A stretch of 20,000 bases of DNA from an uncultured virus (IMG/VR IMGVR_UViG_3300042006_000224) (Duplodnaviria > Heunggongvirae > Uroviricota > Caudoviricetes > Schitoviridae), in the IMG/VR virus record IMGVR_UViG_3300042006_000224, one strand, 5' to 3'. The position numbers and the translations under genes were made by a program. Within the stretch, counting starts at the first letter, position 1, and each line of letters begins with the position of its first letter. Below, one piece after another: positions 7,765-15,500 of this stretch. The notes below the pieces were generated by a model. It did not search any database. It was not told the origin of the DNA and was given only the letters and a program-made list of their open reading frames with translations.

Positions 7765-8499
7765 ATGGCAGTTACCCCGATTACCCTTGCTGACTTGACT
7801 CAAGCCACAGTTGGGGGTACCGGGGCATTCGATACGCTGATGCGTTCGATGGTCGGTCACCTCGAATTGGAGTTCAATAAAGGACGCCTTCGAGGGGCTG
7901 ACTATGCCAACGTCTACCTGAATGCACTGACCCCGGTATTGCAAAATGCCGTGGTCTTTTTGCTTCAGAAGGACGAAGCGGCGAACAAAGCAGCCTTGGT
8001 CGATGCTCAGGTACGTTTGACCGAAGTTCAGATCCTCTTGGCGGAAGCCGAGCTGGAACGTGAGCTGATCAACAAGGAACTGGTGCAGGCCCAGGTATCC
8101 AAGACCATTGCTGAAACCGTGAACCTCGGCCAACAGTTGTTGAACCTGCGGGCTGAAGAGTGCGTACTTAAATCGCAATACGACATCAACCTGTCGCAGA
8201 ACCTGCAAGTCGTGGCGCAAACCAGTCTGGTTAACCAGAAGGTGGCAACCGAGAAGGCGCAGACCTCCGGTATCGCGATTGAGCCGAATTCGGTGATTGG
8301 TAAGCAGATCACCCTGTATACCGCTCAAGCCAATGGCTTCGACCGGGATGCAGAGCAGAAAGCGGCCAAGGTGATGATCGACTCGTGGAACGTACGGCGA
8401 ACCACGGACGTGGGTACCGTTGCCGACGGAGTCAACCAACTCCACGATGCCAACGTGGGCCGCGCAGTAAATGCGCTCCTTGGTGGCGTAGGGGCTTAA
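7765..8499 (+). CDS. Tail tube / lower collar structural protein (N4 gp54-like, DEV gp75-like), 244 aa
   Basis: AGGAG RBS. N-terminal GTGAFDTLMRS...GADYANVY, a central heptad coiled coil and C-terminal IGKQITLYTAQANGFDRDAEQKAAK. Supported by synteny. Confidence 0.7.
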   Translation: MAVTPITLADLTQATVGGTGAFDTLMRSMVGHLELEFNKGRLRGADYANVYLNALTPVLQNAVVFLLQKDEAANKAALVDAQVRLTEVQILLAEAELERELINKELVQAQVSKTIAETVNLGQQLLNLRAEECVLKSQYDINLSQNLQVVAQTSLVNQKVATEKAQTSGIAIEPNSVIGKQITLYTAQANGFDRDAEQKAAKVMIDSWNVRRTTDVGTVADGVNQLHDANVGRAVNALLGGVGA

Positions 8500-8515
8500 A
8501 CCAGCGTGATAGGAT

Positions 8516-8544
8516 AGGGGAACTTCGGTTCCCCTTTTTCTTTT
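8516..8544 (+). terminator. Intrinsic terminator
   Basis: AGGGGAAC-TTCG-GTTCCCCT-TTTTCTTTT: 8-bp stem, UUCG loop and long U-tract. It directly abuts the GGAG RBS of the next gene. Confidence 0.92.
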
Positions 8545-8554
8545 GGAGCAATTC

Positions 8555-10843
8555 ATGGGGCTTTTCAGCAGCAAGAAGACTTACACGGTCAACGTCACAG
8601 TTAGCCCCGTGTTTGAAGAAGAACAGATCCCCACTAGTGCCCTTAACGGCTTAATCAAGGGGATCATGCAGGAACAGGACATTGTTCCGTCGATGCTCGA
8701 CGAAATCTCCCAGTGCATGGGCATTCGTGCCATGACGGCGCTGCACAACACCCAAATGAAGGGTTATGAGCCAGGCATTCCCTCGGCACAAGTGGCGACC
8801 TACATTCAAGCCAAGGATCAAGTAATCAGCGCGATTGAGGCCAATATCGGCCGACAGATCGATGTTGAGTATTACTACATGGGTCCGCTGAACTCGATGC
8901 ACTTCGGCTGGCAGTATTGCCACGATTCGCTTGGCTACAACGTGGCCACCAACGAACTGACGGTGCTCAGTGCCTCTACTGGTTTCCCGTGCTACCTGTC
9001 GGACATGAAGGCCACGTATCTGCGTGAAGACTTCGACTGGATGATCCAGACCAACGATACCGGAATGCTTGCGCAACTCGGCCCGTCTCCACGTTCTGGT
9101 TTCCGTCCTTCGGCGCCGTACAACATGCTGAGTGGCATAGGCCAGTACGCCCAGCAGCCAGCGTACGAGGTGAGTGACGTTTCGACGGAAGACTACGTGA
9201 CCATCCAATATGAGTTCCAAAACGCCAGCGGCGCCTTTGAGACTCGTGGTATCACTGTCTCCATGGCCTCGCTGGACAACATCGCCGACTTCCACATGTG
9301 CCGCTACAAGGATTCGACCGGCAAGACCGGGTTCTTCACCTATCTGCACGGCTCCGGTACCTATCCATCTATTGATCTGGCTTACGCCCTGGAACACAGC
9401 CCGCTGGGTACGTACTTTCCGTGGGCCTACTTCCGTCACCACGGGCAAGACGCTTACGACATCGAATCAGCTACCAGCATGGGGCAGATGAAGGCTTGGT
9501 GTGAACAACTGGGGGTGAGCTACGATCAACTGTATGACGGGGTGCATGAAGACCCGAATGTGGACGATACAGAGCAAAGTTTGCTGCTGATGGCCATTAA
9601 CCCTGGCCATGAGAACCAAGCGTGCCGGGAATACCTGTTCAAGCATTTCAGCGCGCTACATGCGAACGCATTGCCACAAGTGCAACTAGACCCGTCGCTT
9701 GAGGGCAAACTGAATGCATTCACGTCGTCACCGTCACAAATGCAGCATATCCGCGATAATCGCTTCGCAATGTCCTTCCAGTTCAGCGGTATTTCCAAAC
9801 GCCGCGTTCCCGGGAAGATTGCCAACAAAAATCGCTATAACTCGCACTTCGGCATCCTAAGCCAAGACAGTCAGAACTATCTGACCCAGACGCCTATCGG
9901 TACCGGGGTTGATAACGCTTTTTTGGAGCAACCGGGTTGGATCTATCAATATCAGGTCAATGACTCGGTATACGAAGAGATCATCGTCTACGGGCTGCGG
10001 GTGAACTACCAAGTTCACAGCAAGAAAGGATTTGCGGCGAGCCGGCAGGATAAAGAGCTGCTTATCCCGCTTGACTCGGCAATCGTGCAAACCATGTCGG
10101 TTCCCGCACGAGAGCAGCTATTGTGCCGGTCACTCACCATGATGGTGAACACCGTGATCATCACCAAGTCACCTTGGTATGCGTCGTCGGCCTTCCGCAT
10201 CATCCTGCTCGTGATAGCCGTGGTGATCACCATTCTGTCGGCCGGTTCGGCATGGCAGACCGTTGTTGCTGCCTGGGGGGTAGGTATCGGGGCACTTGCT
10301 GTCGTGATCATAACAACCATCGTGAAAACCATGGTTATCAGCTATGGGATCAAGCTGTTCACCCAAGCGGTAGGCCCGAAGGTGGCATTGATTGTTGCCC
10401 TAGTTGCGGTGATCTACGGCAACACCACAGCCGCAACAGAGGCTTCCGCGACATGGGCAGAGAATCTGGTGCAGATGGGTACGTCTTTGGTAAAGGAAGC
10501 CGGGGAACTGAGCCAGCAACAACTCGCTGCCGGCCTAAAGGATATCGTTGAGGACGCTGAAGCGTTTTCTGCGTGGGCACAAGACCAAATGGACGGCTTA
10601 ACTGATAACATGCTGGCCTTGGGTATGAATCCGGCAATTGTCGGGCTAAATGCCTTCGATGTGGTAAAAATGGGTCCGCGGCTTGTTCTTGGTGAGAATC
10701 CGTCGGATTACTACGCACGAACCGTGCATGCGGGCAATATCGGTACATTGGCGTTCGATATGACAGAATCCTTTGTTGCGATAAAGACTTCGCTGCCAAC
10801 TTTCAATCAAACGCAGGAGAGCTTCAATTATGGCGGGGACTAA
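8555..10843 (+). CDS. Virion structural protein, tail plug-like (N4 gp53-like, DEV gp74-like), 762 aa, with C-terminal hydrophobic segments
   Basis: GGAG at 8545-8548 supports the ATG at 8555 (MGLFSSKK). It lies between the tail tube and the ejection genes. There are three hydrophobic stretches at about 10195-10420. Confidence 0.7.
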   Translation: MGLFSSKKTYTVNVTVSPVFEEEQIPTSALNGLIKGIMQEQDIVPSMLDEISQCMGIRAMTALHNTQMKGYEPGIPSAQVATYIQAKDQVISAIEANIGRQIDVEYYYMGPLNSMHFGWQYCHDSLGYNVATNELTVLSASTGFPCYLSDMKATYLREDFDWMIQTNDTGMLAQLGPSPRSGFRPSAPYNMLSGIGQYAQQPAYEVSDVSTEDYVTIQYEFQNASGAFETRGITVSMASLDNIADFHMCRYKDSTGKTGFFTYLHGSGTYPSIDLAYALEHSPLGTYFPWAYFRHHGQDAYDIESATSMGQMKAWCEQLGVSYDQLYDGVHEDPNVDDTEQSLLLMAINPGHENQACREYLFKHFSALHANALPQVQLDPSLEGKLNAFTSSPSQMQHIRDNRFAMSFQFSGISKRRVPGKIANKNRYNSHFGILSQDSQNYLTQTPIGTGVDNAFLEQPGWIYQYQVNDSVYEEIIVYGLRVNYQVHSKKGFAASRQDKELLIPLDSAIVQTMSVPAREQLLCRSLTMMVNTVIITKSPWYASSAFRIILLVIAVVITILSAGSAWQTVVAAWGVGIGALAVVIITTIVKTMVISYGIKLFTQAVGPKVALIVALVAVIYGNTTAATEASATWAENLVQMGTSLVKEAGELSQQQLAAGLKDIVEDAEAFSAWAQDQMDGLTDNMLALGMNPAIVGLNAFDVVKMGPRLVLGENPSDYYARTVHAGNIGTLAFDMTESFVAIKTSLPTFNQTQESFNYGGD

Positions 10844-11294
10844 CTTCTTGCCCTTCGATTTCGACCTTAGCGGTATCTTCGGGGGCACAACTGGCGGCGA
10901 CAACGGCACGGGGCTGGTTAACTTTCCTGGCTTCGGTGGTGGCGGTTCTGCTGGCGCACCTACGGCCAATGGCGGGGGCGGTTTGTTCAGCAACCTGTTC
11001 AACCGCCAATCCCTGTTCGGCGGTACCGACATGAACACCGGTATCTCGACTGGCGGTTGGGCACCGGTAGCATTAGGCGCTGGGCAGGCCATCTTTGGCG
11101 CACTGCAAGGCAACAAGGCGACGAAGCTGGCTGAAGACCAGTTCAAGGAAGGCCGTCGCCAATTCGACCTGAACTTCAACGCTCAGCGTCAAACTATCAA
11201 CTCGCAACTGGAAGATCGCCAGCGTGCACGCGTTGCGTCGAACCCGACGGCATACGAGAACACTGACGACTACCTGCGTAAGAATCGGGTGTAA
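10830..11294 (+). CDS. Small ejection protein (N4 gp52-like, DEV gp73-like outer-membrane channel), 154 aa
   Basis: AGGAG RBS at 10815-10819 and a 14-nt overlap with the upstream gene. Gly/Phe-rich N-terminus, amphipathic WAPVALGAGQAIFGALQG and a C-terminal helix (NSQLEDRQRARVASNP). No Cys. Confidence 0.8.
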   Translation: MAGTNFLPFDFDLSGIFGGTTGGDNGTGLVNFPGFGGGGSAGAPTANGGGGLFSNLFNRQSLFGGTDMNTGISTGGWAPVALGAGQAIFGALQGNKATKLAEDQFKEGRRQFDLNFNAQRQTINSQLEDRQRARVASNPTAYENTDDYLRKNRV

Positions 11295-11296
11295 CC

Positions 11297-12574
11297 ATGG
11301 CCGAGCCGATCACATGGCGTAACGTTGGCAGCGGAGGTGGGGGTAACCCCGCCGCTTTGCTGGCGATGGGGCAGAATCAGGTGCAGCAGGGTCTTTCGGC
11401 CCTGGGCAGCTTGTTCCGCGATGAACAGAAACTTCAGATCCGCAATTCGGCGCAAGTTCGGGAGAACAACACGTCTCAGTACCTTGATGCCGTGGCAAAC
11501 GCCGGAGGCATTGATGCACTACAAAACCCTGAGACTCGTGCTCAACTCGAAGGTATGCGCGCAGGTTTCGGCGCTGCAATCGACCGAGACGCTACTCGCG
11601 GTGCAATTGACAACCGGGTTAAGGGACTCCAACAGCAAGCCTTGGTGGAGAATCAGTTCACGGATCAGGCGACGGAACGCCAGCAACGTGGGCTGGTAGA
11701 TAAAGGTTTGGAGCTGGCCCAAGCCGGGGATATGCAGGGCGTGCAAAAATTGCTCGCTGACACGCAGTTCTTGGACGAAGGCAAGGTCGCCACCAACCTC
11801 ATGGGGATCTTGGATGCCAAGACCCGCCGTCAGTACGCTGCCGAGGACCAACAGCGTCAGGATCGCTCTGAGAGCCGTCAGATCGCACAATTCCAAGAGA
11901 GCATGGCTGCTGCCTCGGAAAACCGCCAAATGCGCAAGGAAGCGATGGCGGATTCGCGCCAAGAGCGTGCTTTCCGTAATGGTGCTCGCGTTCTGGATGA
12001 TGCTGCGGAGCAAGCCAAAGGAATCCTGAATACCCGGCTGGCGGGCAACGAATGGGCCAATGTTTCGACTGACCCAGGCAAGGACGCTGCAGTTCTGCTG
12101 AAAGGCCTGACTGAGAACGGCAACTTCACGTCGTTCCTCAATTCGGACAAGACGGACATCCGTCAGATGCAGGAAGGCGTAACTGAGCTGTTGGCAACCG
12201 GTGTTGAAGCCGACGGGCAGACCTACAAGGTTCCGCCTGCCTTGCTGCAACAAGTCATCAATCAGAACAGCAAAAACTGGAATATCCTCGATAACCCGAT
12301 GGATAGCATCCGTAATGATCTGCGCAATAGCCTATCGGGTAATGCAGGTGCAGGAAACCGTGCAAAAGTGCGTGAAGCGCAGGAAGTACGGGATCGTGCG
12401 AACAATGTGATGCAAACCCTTAAACGGGCGAAAACGCAGCTTGGGTCTAGCTCTACGCTCGATACTTCTGGTATTGTGCAGGCACTCGCTGAGTTGGCAG
12501 GAAAAGCACCGGTCAACTCGTCGGAGCGTGGCCCAAACCTCCTGCCTGACGCAGACGAGGATTCTACTTACTGA
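11297..12574 (+). CDS. Ejection protein (N4 gp51-like, DEV gp72-like periplasmic tunnel), 425 aa
   Basis: Starts MAEPITWRNV. Ala/Gln-rich, probably all-helical, with no Cys. It lies directly upstream of the vRNAP. Confidence 0.8.
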   Translation: MAEPITWRNVGSGGGGNPAALLAMGQNQVQQGLSALGSLFRDEQKLQIRNSAQVRENNTSQYLDAVANAGGIDALQNPETRAQLEGMRAGFGAAIDRDATRGAIDNRVKGLQQQALVENQFTDQATERQQRGLVDKGLELAQAGDMQGVQKLLADTQFLDEGKVATNLMGILDAKTRRQYAAEDQQRQDRSESRQIAQFQESMAAASENRQMRKEAMADSRQERAFRNGARVLDDAAEQAKGILNTRLAGNEWANVSTDPGKDAAVLLKGLTENGNFTSFLNSDKTDIRQMQEGVTELLATGVEADGQTYKVPPALLQQVINQNSKNWNILDNPMDSIRNDLRNSLSGNAGAGNRAKVREAQEVRDRANNVMQTLKRAKTQLGSSSTLDTSGIVQALAELAGKAPVNSSERGPNLLPDADEDSTY

Positions 12575-12589
12575 TAAGGGGATACAAAT

Positions 12590-15500
12590 ATGGCAAACGG
12601 CAACGAGAACAACGGTTTCGACCAACTGTTCCCTGCCGGCCTGCCTGCCGCACAGACAGGGGGCTTTCGCCCCCTTTTTGACACCGCTGCGAAAGCAGAA
12701 CAGGTTGCGGCAGCTTCTGAAGACAAGAAGCAGTCTCTTATCGACAAGATGGGTTACGACTACGACGATACCATTGGAATGGGCCTGAACCTCGGCGCCT
12801 CCCTTGTGTCTGGTGCCAGCCGCTTGGCTGGTAACCTCGCAACTCTGCCGGTCGATTTGATCTCTGGTTTGGCCCAAGGCTCTGTACCTGAAGAACAGGT
12901 ACAGGCATACAACCGTGTGCAAACTGGTCAGGCATCTGATGCTGATCGCGCATTGTTGGAACAAGTTGCACCGTTTGAAGACGGTGTGCCGCAAACGTAT
13001 CTGGAACGCTTGCAAGGCACCCAGGGTTTGCAAGAAGTCGGGCAAAACATTTCCGACTTCTTCGATATCTCCAGCATTGTCGAACAAACCAACCGTGAAC
13101 GCCTCAGCCGCGACATTAAGGAAGAAACTGCCGGTGGTGTTGCCGATTTGCGCCGTGCTTCGGATGAATTCGAAGACGGCAAGTATCTCGACGCGCTGGT
13201 TACTGGTGTTGGTGGTTTGGCTTCGACTGTGGGCAATGCGCTCGCAGCCGGTGCATCGAGCCCCCTGGCCACGACTGAATACGTGGTAGAGAACGTTCCT
13301 CAACTGCTGGCTGCGGCCTACAGTGCCCCTTCTATGGTGGCTTCGAACGCCGGTTACGGTTTCGACGCTTACCGTGAAGGTGTGCGCGAGTTCTTCGACA
13401 AGAACGAAGGCCAACTGCCAAACGCTGAACAGCGTGCGGAAATGGGTCTGTTCGCTGCCTCTGCGGCACTGGCTGAACAAGTCGGTGATGCAACCATGCT
13501 TCGTGGTTTCCGTAACGCCGGTACCGGTTCCGCTTCCAAGGCAATGGCCTCGGCTGCGGGTATCGGCGGTGCAATGACCCGTGAAGGCGTTACTGAAGGC
13601 TATCAGACCTACGCGGAAGCGCGGGCCAAGCTGGAAGACCCATCATTGGAAGAGATCGTCGAAGGCGCCACTATTGGTGCACTTGTCGGTGGTAATTTCC
13701 AAGGTGCTGTAGAACTGGCGAAAGCCGGTGCTCCAACAGAAGATGCTGGCACTCGTGCTGCATCCGCTGAAGCTTTTACCGCTGCTGTTGAATCCGGTGA
13801 TGTTTCACCCCTGACTGATGCAGAATCCGCCACTTATAATCCGGTTCGTGCTGTTGAAGCGCTGCACCAGATGAACTTGGCAGAAGGCGCTGATGTCAAG
13901 GCAAACCTCGCTCAAGTTGACCAAATTCAGCAAGATGTGACGGCTGACGTGTCGGCTCTGCAAGCCCGTCTGGAAAACACTTCCCCGGAAGCTGTGGCCC
14001 GGATCGGTTCGATCGTTTCTCAGCTTGAGGCCGCTGGTGCAGACCAAGCCCAAATCGCCGAGATGCGTGAGATCCATGAGGCTGTGGCGAGCTACACCCC
14101 AGAACAACGGAAAGCTGATGAGGCTCGCCTTGCTCAACTGGAAGCCCAGTTGGGTGGCATTCATAAAGCAGCCGAGCGCATGCGCGTAGACGCCAGCCCT
14201 GAGCCGGCTGAAGTCGAAAGCATCGCTACTGAAGCACAGGCAGGTGATGTACAGGCGGCTGACCGTCTGTTGACCCTGACCATGACCAACCCTGATTCCG
14301 TGGACACCCAGGTCGCTGATGCTCTTGCACAGAGCGAAGCCCTGTCAGAGCCGCAACGTATCGCCATGCGCCTTTTCAGCGAGGCTCAGGTGGCAACCAA
14401 CGCCCTGAAAGGCCTTACTGGCGTACGTTCGGACATTGCCACTGGTGGCGACGGTTTCAAAGGTATCTCGCAATATCGCAATGCAATCCGTATGGCCCTG
14501 GCCAATGGCAACGAAGGTGCAGCCCGCTCGCAAGTCGATGGCATCCGCGCATTCGCAGCCAGCCGAGAGTCGAAACTGAACGCCATCACCGCTGCCTTCG
14601 AGCAAGTGAAGGGCACAGACAATTCGATCAATCTCGTGCGGAATCAGCAAGGTGAATGGGGTCCGACTGATCTGAAGGGCAAAGCCCTGAAGAAAGCCGG
14701 TGGTGTGGAAGTCTCGGCACGTTCTTTCAAGCTGCGCGACGGTGTAGCTGCGGAAGCTGACGCTTTGACCAAGACTGCTGCTGCATTCGAAGCTCTGGTA
14801 AATGCTGCTCCCACTCCTGTTTCGGCGCCGGTTGTGCAACCGACGGCTGAGGTACAGGGTGACGTTACCCCGGCAACTCCTGAAGCTGCTGCCACGCCTG
14901 CTGTTGAACCTGCACCGGTAGCTCCGGTAGCAGACGAAACACTTGCGTCCGCGGCGCCTGACGAAGCTGCGATCACCCCAGAAGATGCCCCGAGCGTGAC
15001 CGATGAGGCGCAGGCGAATGCCGGCCAACTCACCACAATCGGCGAGCGAACTGGTGCGGCGGTAACTGCCGACAACTACCGTTCTATCAATCTGGTTTCC
15101 GAGCTGTTTGAACAACAGGCCGGCAACGAGACTGATGCAAGCGTTCGCCCGCTGGTAGCTGTCAAAGACTTCGCTTCGGCCATCCAGGCTGGCGAAGTGC
15201 AGGCCAAGGACTTCATTGATCAAGAAGGTGACCTGACTGGCCCGCAAACCCAAGCCCTGAACGCTTTCTTTAACTTCGCGCAATACTCTGCGCAAGCGAT
15301 CCGCGACCAGTTTAAGGTGACTGAAACTCGTGCCAAACGCCCGGACTTCTTCTATCGGGATATGGCACAGTTCCTTCAGAACGCGGATGGGCAAATTGAT
15401 GAGAACTTGGCGACTGCTGTCTCGTACGGCATGTTCTCCTGGGCCAACGAAAACGCAACTCAACTGCGTAATTCTGACGAGGGTATCAACGCTATTCTGT

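Noticed and set aside
5128..8574. 1148-aa antisense ORF
   Set aside because: It mirrors the codon frame of four same-frame, highly biased + genes that avoid TTA/CTA/TCA. It crosses two terminators and has no recognisable motifs, so it is a shadow ORF.
12572..12592. gp51-like gene is in frame with the vRNAP (possible readthrough fusion)
   Set aside because: A double stop (TGA TAA) separates them, and the vRNAP has its own RBS.
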